DNA of 62,984 nucleotides, filler included, from Rozella allomycis CSF55 (taxonomy: Eukaryota): NCBI GenBank assembly GCA_000442015.1. It is 17 parts of 17 records of this genome, joined end to end, with 100 filler letters (N's around TTAATTAATTAA, not from the genome) between each part and the next. Parts side by side here need not be neighbours in the genome. Positions count along the whole stretch, not along the records: positions 38,522 to 40,219 come from KE561356.1; positions 40,320 to 41,593 come from KE561359.1; positions 41,694 to 43,722 come from KE561360.1; positions 43,823 to 59,958 come from KE561362.1; 13 more parts are not named here. One strand, 5' to 3'. Below the pieces are notes generated by a model. It ran no database searches. It saw only the letters and a program-made list of their open reading frames with translations, and had not been told where the DNA came from. Below, one piece after another: positions 40,054 to 51,244 of the stretch. Made by a program: the position numbers and the translations under genes. Position 1 is the stretch's first letter, and the number at the start of each line of letters is the position of its first letter.

Positions 40054-40365
40054 NGTCTACTTGACTACCGCCGTGTGTATCAATTATGCAGAGTTACAAG
40101 AATATTTTTTGCAAGGCATTTGAAAAACACACAATTTTCTCATTGTACATGTTAATTAACTTTGGCGCTACAATTCTGGTTGGAATTTGGATAAGCTTTC
40201 CTGTAGACGTTATTCTATCNNNNNNNNNNNNNNNNNNNNNNNNNNNNNNNNNNNNNNNNNNNNTTAATTAATTAANNNNNNNNNNNNNNNNNNNNNNNNN
40301 NNNNNNNNNNNNNNNNNNNTTGCTATTTTAAAATGGTCCGTTTCATGTGACCCCTGTTTTGAAAA

Positions 40366-41214
40366 ATGAATGTGATCGACTTGGTAAGCAGCGATGACGA
40401 GGATCATGATGTGCCAGTGGTTCATCGAGACAGAAATCTTGTGTCCCTATATTTTAGCTTACAGTCGGCTACAGAAAATTTGCGAAACTTTAGAAAACTT
40501 GGGATTGTGTTACCACGAGACCTACAAAATAAGGTTGCCAGAATGAACTACGCAGCAAAATATGTTTGTGAATATACTGCCTTACACCGTTACGTGCTTT
40601 CAATTGATATTGGAATTAAGAATTTGGGGTTTTGTCTTTTTGACATGGCAAATATCCAAGCAACGACCAAAGTAAAAATGTTGCATTGGGGGGTAAAAGA
40701 ATTAGCCACAGACATTAATGATAGGCATATTTTAACAAAAACGGCTTTATCAATAAGGGAAATTTTTCAAACTGTGAAAACGATTGTTTATCAAATGCCA
40801 GTGTCATTAATTATTGAAGAACAATATATTAATCCACGAAAATTGCTTTCTAAAGTTGGCATTGTAAATTTGCAAATTATGGCTCAAGTAATTGCCTTAG
40901 CACCATGGGATGATTGCAGAATAGTACATTCTGCTACAACAAGTGCAATGATTGAAGATTGGTTTGAAATAAATCCAATAAAGCGAAAGAGACAAAATGT
41001 TAAAAACAGGTACAAAGTGAAGAAAGCCATATCAGTAAATTTGGTTGACAATCAATTCGAAGATTCAAACTTAGTCGATAATATGGATGAGTATAAAAAG
41101 GTTTGGGACACTTCCATGAAACGAGATGATATGGCGGATTGTTTCATTCAAGGGGTAGTCATTATCCTGGCAAATAATTCACTTCTTGATCTTCGGCATG
41201 ATCTTTTAAAATAA
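40366..41214 (+). CDS. RuvC-fold Holliday junction resolvase (Ydc2/Cce1 or poxvirus A22-like)
   Basis: Catalytic motifs VLSIDIGIKNLG, IIEEQ and KRDDMADCFIQ; intact intronless ORF. Confidence 0.82.
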   Translation: MNVIDLVSSDDEDHDVPVVHRDRNLVSLYFSLQSATENLRNFRKLGIVLPRDLQNKVARMNYAAKYVCEYTALHRYVLSIDIGIKNLGFCLFDMANIQATTKVKMLHWGVKELATDINDRHILTKTALSIREIFQTVKTIVYQMPVSLIIEEQYINPRKLLSKVGIVNLQIMAQVIALAPWDDCRIVHSATTSAMIEDWFEINPIKRKRQNVKNRYKVKKAISVNLVDNQFEDSNLVDNMDEYKKVWDTSMKRDDMADCFIQGVVIILANNSLLDLRHDLLK

Positions 41215-41693
41215 ATGTTTATTAAATAACTAAATATAGTACTATTTTTTTGATTTGAATTATTTTCAGTTTATCAAATTGCTATTTCATCGTATTCTTT
41301 ACAATGAACTTACTGGCTGTGTTTTGTTTTTCAGTTTTTATCATATTCGGAATTGGTAATAATTACTTCCAAAGCACCAATTTTTGGGGGGTTTGGATAG
41401 CCCATTTTGCATTTTTTTCCCGCTTGGAAATAGTATTTTTATTTAGCATAAAAACACTATTTCTGGTGTCCACGCTACTAAGGTGGTCTTGTTACAACCT
41501 TGTGTTAAATACTTAAGACTTGTAACAAAAAGCTTGTAACAACAGGGGTTTGTTACAGGGTAACTCCCTTGAGATCTTACAGTTCAATCCTCGNNNNNNN
41601 NNNNNNNNNNNNNNNNNNNNNNNNNNNNNNNNNNNNNTTAATTAATTAANNNNNNNNNNNNNNNNNNNNNNNNNNNNNNNNNNNNNNNNNNNN

Positions 41694-43722
41694 TGTTAGT
41701 GTTAAAACTACTGAACCGCATTCAATTCAGAGTATGCTTGTTGGGGTAAAGGGTATGTCGTGTGTAAGTTGTGTTAATGGAATTGAAAGAACGCTTAAAG
41801 ATTTGAATGGGATAGTGAGTGCACAAGTTTCGTTGTTGTCAGAATCAGCTCAAATTACTTTTGACATTGAAAAGTGCAATACCAAAGATATAATGAATGC
41901 TATTGATGATATGGGATATGAAGTGTCTTTGATTGATACAAGAATTAATTTCCAGGAAGATTTAAACAAGATAACGCTATGCATCAAAGGGATGACATGC
42001 GCATCGTGTGTGTCATCAATTGAGAAAAATATATCAAAGCTGATTGGTATTAAAGAACTTGATATTAGTTTAATGACTGAAAGTGCCAATATATTGTATG
42101 ATTCATTCTTAGTTAATGAAAAGACCATCGTCGATTCTATTGATTCAATGGGGTATGATGTTTCTATCTTGGAAAACAAAAAGATTAATAAAGTAGAAAA
42201 CAATTTCACTAGGAAACGGGAAATAACATTTTCAGATATCTATGACAAACCTTTATCGCTCAAAGGGGTTGTTTCTGTTGTAGAAAATGAAAACTTATGG
42301 GAAATTGGATATGATCCAAATTTGATAAAGTTTAGAGAAATTGTAGAATATTTTGACAAAGAAGGCGTTGATTTTGACTATTCTGATTTAAGATCTAAAC
42401 AAAAGTTGAAATCTTTATCTAGAGAAGAGGATGTTAAGTATTGGAAATGGATGACATTGTTTTGTTTAACATTTTCACTACCATATTTTCTATTTAGCAT
42501 GATTTTCATGAATGTAGATTTTGTGATGAATATCAGGAATACAATTGTTGTTGGACAATTGGATCTAGGAAATTTAATTGATCTTTTGTTGTGTATTCCT
42601 GTACAATTCTATGGAGGATTTTCATTTTATAAAAAGGCAATTTCTTCTGCCAAGCATGGACAATTAACGATGGATTCGCTGGTTTCTATTGGATCGTTTG
42701 TTGCATTTGCTTACTCTATTTACTCTATTATTCTCTCAATGTTTAGTACTATTTATCCAGTGACATTTTTTGATACCTCAATAAGTTTGATAACATTTAT
42801 TTCCCTTGGAAGGTATTTAGAGAACGTTGCGAAAGGTAAAACATCGACCGCTTTGAGTAAATTGATGAATCTAAAACCACAAACAGCTAAATTGTACAAT
42901 GGAATGATCATTGATTCAGAGTTGTTAGAAATTAATGATAAAGTTTTTGTGTTTCCAGGTGAAAAGATTGCCGCTGATGGTATTGTTGTTGAAGGAACAG
43001 GGGTTGTTGATGAATCTATGATTACAGGTGAGTCGATGCCAAGCGTAAAGACTTCTGGAATGGAAGTTATTGGCGGGACAATTAATTCAAGCGGGAATTT
43101 TGTTTTTCAAGTTACAAAACTAGGGGATGAAACAACGTTAAGTAAAATAATAAATGCCGTTGAAGGTGCCCAAAGATCAAAAGCTTCCATTCAACAATTA
43201 GCTGATAGATTAACATTTTATTTTGTTCCATTTATCATTCTATTAGGCTTTCTTACATTTCTATTTTGGTTGACATTTCTTTCAATAGTTGGTATCCCAC
43301 ACATTCTTCAATCTGGCGAATCTGTTTTCTCTTTATCTCTAAGGTTCGGTATCAGCGTTATTGTAATTGCTTGTCCTTGTGCCCTTGGCTTGGCAACACC
43401 CACAGCCCTGCTGGTTGGAACTGGCGTTGGCGCACAGCATGGCATATTAATAAAAGATGGATCCAGTTTAGAAAAAGCTTCTCAATTATCAACTCTTTTA
43501 CTCGACAAAACAAACACCTTAACAATTGGTACAATGAAAGTAGAAAATATTTCGATTTTTGATGTTCACGACCAAGATCTGCTCCTAGAAGCTTTATTAC
43601 TAGCAGAGACAAGATCTGAACATCCCTTAGCCAAGTCTATTGTTGAATACTTGAACAATCTCAATTTTAACAAGATAGATCTACATGTATCTCAATTTGA
43701 ATCCTATCCTGGGTTTGGAATA
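41694..43722 (+). CDS. CCC2: Copper-transporting P1B-ATPase (Ccc2/ATP7-like), partial
   Basis: Two HMA domains (GMSCVSC, GMTCASC), TGES, CPCALGLA, SEHPL; phosphorylation site reads DKTNTLT. Confidence 0.95.
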
Positions 43723-43894
43723 NNNNNNNNNNNNNNNNNNNNNNNNNNNNNNNNNNNNNNNNNNNNTTAATTAATTAANNNNNNNNNNNNNNNNNNNNNN
43801 NNNNNNNNNNNNNNNNNNNNNNAAAAAAAAAAAAATATATTTTTTTCAAACCTTGTATTTTCCATGAGAAAAAAAAGTCGAAAATTTATGTAAT

Positions 43895-44031
43895 ACACGC
43901 GTGAAGCGGATGTACTCGCTTCGCTCACATTAATAGATTTACATTTGTTTAGATAGCACATCCCGGTGGCCGGTTTGTTGCGCGCCAAAGTCCGCAGTTG
44001 AGGGTTTATGCTCTCACTCGATTTCACATTA
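43895..44031. ncRNA. Candidate structured RNA (class unknown)
   Basis: GC-rich island in AT-rich intergenic DNA with three hairpins: GAAGCG/CGCTTC, GCA..CCGG/CCGG..TGC and TGAGGG/CTCTCA. Confidence 0.3.
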
Positions 44032-44112
44032 AAAAATACATTCTATAACGATTGCTTTGAAGAAAAGGCGCGGCTAATACAAATTTCGTCGTAGTGTTAA
44101 GAAATTTCTTAA

Positions 44113-45524
44113 ATGCATCACACAGTATTCTACTCTTCTAACGCAATTACGATCCACGATAAACACGATATAACGATATCTTACTTAAAAATTCAGGCAT
44201 TGTATTTTTTCATTAAAAATTCTTTCCTATTGAATTACAAACTAGTCCATGTTGAAAAAGTGGCTTCTAAATACAGTGGGCACGATTACAATTCGAAAAA
44301 GGTAAAGATTGTACGAATTATATATAAGATAAAATCTAAACTATCTTCAATTCTTTTCTACAAGGCCCACATGTATGACAAGGAAATGAATTCACATATT
44401 TATTTCAGCGAGGATAGAAATTCGATGAAAATTACATCTGTTGACGGTTTATGTGATATAGAATTATTTGCTCGAGGTCATTTATGTAGAATACGCTATC
44501 CAGTGATTGTAGACCACGAGGAAATAAGCGAGAGGTATGTTTTGAATTCGACCGTTAATCTTGTGCGTACATTTTGGGCACCAGTTATTTTGCTGTCATT
44601 ATCAATCTACAATAATGTCAATAGTACCAAGCACAACGAGAAATTGCTACAACAGTTTAATGAATCTGTTTCAATGTCACACTCTTACAAGGATACCATA
44701 GAAATCCATATCCCAAAAGAGACTTTTACAGAAGAAATTAATTCCTGGAATCATGATGATGCCAGAGGGTTTATGCGTGGAGTGAAATCAGCAGTACAGG
44801 ACTTTCAAAAGACGCAATTGTTTCATCTCACGGATTTTCCTATGCTTTTGAAAAACCTGGGCTCTCCAGAAATAATTTTGTTTAATAACTGGTCTGTATT
44901 CAACGATCGTGACAAAATTGTTGCATTCAATTCCAAAGAAATGGCTGTTGTCCACAATGAGTTTCAAAATTTTGATTTCTGGTATATTGATCGGTTAAAG
45001 AATGAAGATTCGCCAGAAACTATGTTTGTATCTGATCTTGTGCCCTATGAGGTTATTGACGAATTGCCCTTGCGCGATTTGATACACTATCTTTTGCGCC
45101 TTGTTCGATTCGAGAGCAAGGATGAAACAAGAATTGAAAAGAGGGAGGATATTAATGTCAAGGATTTGGATCCTAAATACGAAATTCAAAAGTTCTTTAG
45201 AAATGATGAAAAAAAGTTGATTTGCGAGTCCAAAATACCTGACGTGGGAATTTTTAGCTTATTTTCTGAGAATCAAGTAAAAGTAGAATTTGATGATGGT
45301 ACTTTGATATTTATTAACACCAATACTTTGCTACAAGATGAATCTAAAAATTCTATAAGGATACTCCACATTGGTTCTGACGAAATACTTACATTGGCTG
45401 CAAAAAACATAAAAAGTTGTGATTCATCTCTGCAATTGTAATATTATACCAATGTTTTAATAATAGGAAACTTAATCACTGCCTAGACTTTATAGATTTT
45501 GCATTAGGTGGTAGTTCAGTGTAA
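44113..45524 (+). CDS. C5orf34-like protein
   Basis: MKITSVDG..IEL and ESKIPDVGIFSLFSENQVKVEFDDG resemble conserved C5orf34 blocks (recall). Confidence 0.55.
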
Positions 45525-45649
45525 CGGTATAGATTTGACAATTTTGACGCTTAAATCTTAAATAAATTTAATTATCTATTTATACCTAATTATTCCTTTA
45601 ACTCATTCTTAATCAAATTTGGATTTGTTTTTGTTTACTGGACTTGCAC

Positions 45650-47828
45650 ATGATTAATGTTTCTGAAACATTAAGAAACCTGGACTCTTCTCTTGGTGGA
45701 AACATTTCATTAATTAATGACTACCGTGATTTCTTCAGAGAGAAAATAAATCTTGACAAAGAATACGGCCTAAAGCTGCAGGCATTGTCTAAAAAGCATA
45801 TATCTAAAGCGGAAAAGACGGGAAATTCATCGTAACTTGTTTCATTTACTCAAAAAAGTAAATTTGATCATGTTTGGTTGGAGATTTTGCGAGAAAATGA
45901 AAACCTGGGTGGTCGATTCTTGGAATATTCCAAAAAGGAAAAGCATCAAGTTAACAAAGCCTTGAAAGCAGCCGTTGGAAAACTCGAAGCTTTGAGAAAA
46001 AAGGTAACAAATTAAATTGACAATATCCCAGCAACAAGTATTTTCTGTTCAAGTGTATCACGAAAAAGATCAATTTTTTCGTAACTGTGACAAGGTATGA
46101 TATCAAGTGGCTTCAAATATAGCTAAGAACTATATATCAAACAAAATGCCTATCGTTAGATGCTGCGCGTCAAAAATATGAAAAGTGCCCGGATGATAAG
46201 CAGATGCCAAAGCTAAAAAGACTGTGGCAAAATGAGGTTGCGTTCTACAACAATGCTAAGAATGACTATTTTTTATCTATTGAAAAGGCTAATACCTTTT
46301 TATCAAAATTGGAAAATGAAGGTTTAATGGGAATCTGCCAAGTAAACGGCTGCAGTTGATTGAATTAGATTTACAAAAATATATTTGAAGATAGAAACAA
46401 AGAAGTCAAGAGAATATTCAAAAAGTCTTGCGAGTTGAATAAAGATATTTTTGAAGTCTCTAAAAGCGAAAGTGTTTCTGAAAACATCGATTCAATGGAT
46501 TGTACAATTGACATAAACAAATTATACGAAAGTGTTAAAGTGGAAATTTCAGTTTCAATTACAGCACCATTGTTTGTTTCTGAAGAAAAATTTGATGACC
46601 AAGTAAGTTGAATTCAATTTACGTAATAGCCTGGTTTAGTGCTTGATACAAGATCCAAAACCTATTTGGTGAATAGGCTTATTAAAGATCAAGAAATATT
46701 TAAAGCCAAAACCAAAAATATAGAATTTAAACAGAATGAATTGGAAGGGCTATTCAAACTACTGAGCACATACACTGATAATCCACAGCTTGGAAATATT
46801 GACAGTGTTCAAGATGTAATGTTCTATGTTTGACCTATCTCATAGAGTATTCAAGAAATCCAGAGAAATTTAATATCTATGAAATTAGAATTGTCACCTC
46901 TGATCAAGGAAATGGAACTAATAAAGGACGTACTTGATGGTAATTGCTATCAAATTATTTAAAAAGATGGCGATGAAAAATATATTGGTCGCCATACTTT
47001 TAGGGCATCTTCCTTTGCCATAGCTGCAACTTGTTCCGTTTGTGGCACATCTATATGGGGAATGTCGCGTCAAGCAGGGTTGTCTTGTACGAGTAATAGA
47101 ATTTTCTTGGTATTATGTTTGCCTGCGATTTTAAATGTCATACCAAATGTGAAATGAAATCACCTTTGTCTTGTACATCGCCATTTGACATTCCAGCAAT
47201 CGGTTATGAAACGCTCAGAAAAGCATCCCCTTTAAAGCTTCTTCCATTAGATTATTTAAATGACTCGAAAAAAGTTCCACTTGATGTGATTGAAGAAGGG
47301 ATTGAGACCATGGACTTGGACAGGTGTTTGACGCCTGGTCCTGATCAAAATGGGGCTAGAAATGATGTCACAATATCTCAGTTGCGAAATGAAAATGAAG
47401 TGGGTGTTGTAATATACCCTTACAAAGCCCAAGAAGAAGATGAATTATCTATATCTGAAGGTGATCATGTTGAAATTTTGGCAGCTGATTCAAATGGTTG
47501 GACCAAGGTCATGTTAAACAATAAAGAAGGACTGATACCTACATCCTATTTTCAAAGGCAAGATGATGAAAATACCTTTGGCCGTCATGGAATTTCTCTT
47601 ACTCTGCGGAAACCAGAGAAAGGTACATCTAAAGTATTTTAAATCCTAGTAAATGCTTTGTTTGATTATGAAGCTAAAAATGAAGAAGAATTGAGTTTTT
47701 CACAAGGTGATACCATTAAGCTGTTCAAGGTTGGGGCAGACGGGTGGTCCGAAGGTTCTTTTCAAAACAGATATGGCCTTTTCCCTTCAAATTATGTAAC
47801 AAAACCTATTTCGATCCTTGAAAAATAA
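45650..47828 (+). CDS. BZZ1: F-BAR, C1 and tandem SH3 endocytic protein Bzz1 (many micro-introns)
   Basis: FFREKINLDKEYGLKLQAL (FCH); HTFRASSF..TCSVC..IWG/CHTKC (C1); two SH3 domains (YPYKAQEEDELS..GLIPTSY; LFDYEAKNEEELS..GLFPSNYV). Confidence 0.9.
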
Positions 47829-47879
47829 AAATCTTTTCCAACTTGGGCTTTGGAATCACGTGCTTTTAAAATTTCGAAA

Positions 47880-48422
47880 ATGATTGCTTTTTCTTGCTTG
47901 ATAGCAATTCTTTTCTTATTTCAAGTAGAAGCAGAGTTTTGCCCCTCTAGGTTGTTATCAAAGGTTTATTTTGACGGACTCAATTGTTCCGGTCCGGCGA
48001 CTGAAGTCGTACAAAGGTTTGACTCATTATGCGTGCGGGTAGAGGCAGAGGTTTGCAAGAATGTCCTTGGAGTGTATCCACATTCCAGAAGTCATGCTTT
48101 CGAGTATCCAATTTTCTCAATTACACCAGGATTCGAATACATTTGTGGTCAAACGGAGCGAGAGTATTTTTGTTACCAGTATGATGTATGTTTCCTTGCG
48201 CACTCAAAGATACAAGATAGACCTAGACGTAACCGTGAATTAAGGAGAGTCCGGGTGCAAAATGTCAACGGAGAGTTACATTATTCGGAATACAAGATTG
48301 ATGATGAAAATTGTGAATCTCTGATTTCGTCAAAACTCTCTCAGAAGAAGCATATAATCTTCAAATTGTCGTTAAATAAAACATTTGGTTTTGCAACATA
48401 TGTAGTGATTTGTGTATATTGA
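47880..48422 (+). CDS. Small secreted Cys-rich protein, paralog A
   Basis: Hydrophobic signal peptide MIAFSCLIAILFLFQVEA; clearly homologous to 50257-50760. Confidence 0.75.
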   Translation: MIAFSCLIAILFLFQVEAEFCPSRLLSKVYFDGLNCSGPATEVVQRFDSLCVRVEAEVCKNVLGVYPHSRSHAFEYPIFSITPGFEYICGQTEREYFCYQYDVCFLAHSKIQDRPRRNRELRRVRVQNVNGELHYSEYKIDDENCESLISSKLSQKKHIIFKLSLNKTFGFATYVVICVY

Positions 48423-48587
48423 AAGGTTGTTTCAGAAAAGATAAAGATTTTCTTTGTTTGTTGATTCTGTGTTTTCCATTTCGCGGGTCTTGCATTAATG
48501 TAACATGAAATAATGAATATTTATTATTTGAACTTTTTTACTTTACAACTTTCTTCTAGTGACATTAACGAAGAAAGAATAGTAAAA

Positions 48588-49540
48588 TTACTTTTTAGGA
48601 TTGTTTGACATTAATAGAAATCTTTTGATTCCATACTGATCACTGAAAATTTGAAGCTCCAAGTTTCCAGAATTTAGATTACAATTAGTGTAGAAAAATT
48701 CAATGATTTGTTTAGATTGTTTTATACCATTAGTTTCCATGATCATATATTGCACCTTGGACGACGAACAGTTGCGAGTAAATTCACTAATCAGTAATCT
48801 ATGAAAAGAGGTTCCATGGGCATCACTAAAGAGAGCTTTATGACTTTCCCATTTTAACACCTGCTTGCCTAACCTGGTCTGGCTTTGCCGTGGTATGTAA
48901 GGAGGATTAGCAACAATTATGTCAAAGTTTCTGAAGCTCAACTCTTCAGAAGACAAATCAAAAATATCTTTTTCTATGTAATTCAAATTCGTTAAATTCC
49001 ACATCAAGGCATTCTGCCTTGATAATTGTATTGCTTTTCGAGAAATATCTATCCCTAAAACTTCTGCTTTAGGAAAAGCCTTTGCAATGGCTAAGGAAAT
49101 GCATCCTGATCCAGAACAAACATCAAGAAATCGGAATGTATTATTGTTAAATACAGATCGTTTTATGAAATCGATTACGTATTCCGCCATATATTCCGTT
49201 TCCGGCCTTCTCATCGTAACTTTGATAGTTCGTACCTTGGAACCAAAACCGGTCGTTCTATATTAATGTTAAAATCTAAAAATGGATGACTGCCTCATTA
49301 ATTGTAAAGATTTAACGCACCTAATATGTAAGATAGTGGCTCTAGACGGCATCTTCGGTTAACCGATAGCAGGAAGGAGCGCTTGTCATGGGCCTCCTTT
49401 TTTAGCCATTTGATATCCCATTTCGCCATATCTTTCAATTTTTGGAACTCTTTAGTTGAAACATATTTTTTAGTGCGATCACGAGCCAACGATTTCGCCA
49501 GCTTACTAGCCAGGCTTCCAGCACCCACAGTATTGGCCAT
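48588..49540 (-). CDS. HEMK1: HemK/PrmC release-factor glutamine methyltransferase (mitochondrial Mtq1-like)
   Basis: RRCRLEPLSYILG, RRPETE, LDVCSGSGCI, IVANPPYI. Confidence 0.88.
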
Positions 49541-50256
49541 TCCGAAATTTAGAAAGCCGGAAAGTGCATGCAATAGATCTAATCCGCAATCAGGGTTAAT
49601 TTAAAACTTTGTTATATTTCTTTATATAGTGAATAGTGATTTAAAAAAGTGTGCAAATCGACATTTCTAACTTTGAGATAGATCATCAGAGAGAAATTTT
49701 CAAAAATTTCTAGATGGAAATTTTGGACTAGCTTTTTTTAAAAGAGATTCAAAAAAGAAATAAGAAATAAGATCAATGAATAATGAACAAATGAATTATG
49801 AAATAAGGTGAAGGCCAAAGGGTTGTAAACTTGTACAAGGCATCTGGCCTACTTCAATTATAGTTTGAACAATATTGGTTGAATCTAAATCCTAATAGTT
49901 TGAAACGAGATACTCAGATATCATCTCGGCGTGTGCGGAGTCGTTTCTGCTTCGAAAATGGTGCTTCCACATACGTGTATTTTACTTGTAAGAGGCGACA
50001 GATTAATGACTTTTGAGGAATAGTAATAGTGAGTACAAAACAATTGGTTACTAACTAATAAACCCATGTATGATCTAATAACTTTTAAAAGCAAGAATCA
50101 ACGTGATACAGAACACTTGATACTACATGTAAAAGGAGTAGGAAGGATACTTAAGAATTTAAACTTTAAAGTTTTAATCATAAATATATAATGAAAAATG
50201 TCTTTTCAAGGCATATAAGAGGCGTTACTAAACCACGTGCCTTCAAAATTTCAAAA

Positions 50257-50760
50257 ATGAATGCTTTTTCTCTTGCACTAGCAATGTTTATGTTATTCCG
50301 CGTAGAAGCAAAGTCTTTTGTTCCAGAAGGCTTAACAAAACTTTATTTTCATACTCGTAATTGTGTTGGTCCAGCAACTGAAGTTGTTCAGAAGCATAAC
50401 TTGCCGAACGTTAGAGTAGACCAAAATGCGTGTCTCACTGTCGACGTATTTCATCCCTACTCGAAGCAACATGTATTTACGCTACCAAGAAACGCGATCA
50501 CTCCTGGATTTGAATATGTCTGCGGTGAACTTCAAAACGAATCATTTTGCTATCTTTATGATGTCTGCTACGTTGCGCACTCAAAAAGAGAAGAGAGAAT
50601 AAGGCGTAACCGTGAATTTGCAAGAGCCCGGGTTCAGATTATCAATGGCGAGCTTGTACATTCAAAGTACTCCATTGGTGACGTAACTTGTCAACATCCA
50701 TTATCTACTGTCAACCTATCTGCAGTCGCGACTGATCTTGAATTAATCATTTCTCAATAA
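50257..50760 (+). CDS. Small secreted Cys-rich protein, paralog B
   Basis: Signal peptide MNAFSLALAMFMLFRVEA; shares NCxGPATEVVQ, ITPGFEYxCG, FCYxYDVC, RRNRE and NGEL with paralog A. Confidence 0.75.
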   Translation: MNAFSLALAMFMLFRVEAKSFVPEGLTKLYFHTRNCVGPATEVVQKHNLPNVRVDQNACLTVDVFHPYSKQHVFTLPRNAITPGFEYVCGELQNESFCYLYDVCYVAHSKREERIRRNREFARARVQIINGELVHSKYSIGDVTCQHPLSTVNLSAVATDLELIISQ

Positions 50761-51244
50761 AGCAATAATTAGAATATATACCATGCTTTAAATACAGTAC
50801 ATTGAGAAGTATCGTACTTGCGACAGGAAATTCTTTTACCAAAGTTTTAGATATATATTCTAAACTTAATTTAACTGGTTAACCATTAATAGCGTACACG
50901 CTATTAAATTTTCATGAATTTCTTCAGATATGATCTAGTTTTGAATTTTTTACCTGGGTTTTGTCGATTAAAGTCACGTGTCACAATGGCACGGACCAAA
51001 ATAGTACTTTATTCTGATATTCCATTTTGACTTCATTAATTTTAATTTCACTATTACTAATGTTCTTTAGCAGATACTCACTTTCTAACCTGTACATGGC
51101 GCCTAAATGTTCTACTTTCAACCATAATTAAATAATTAAATAAACTGGTGCTAATCCATTATTTTATATTATATATTGTATTTTTCATTTAAAGATTTAG
51201 GTATGCCAAAGTTGACCCAAGAAATTTTCTAGATTTTTTTCTTG

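Noticed and set aside
38522-43722. Functional cluster of RBR ligase, resolvase and Cu-ATPase
   Set aside because: The genes are on three separate contigs, so the adjacency is artificial
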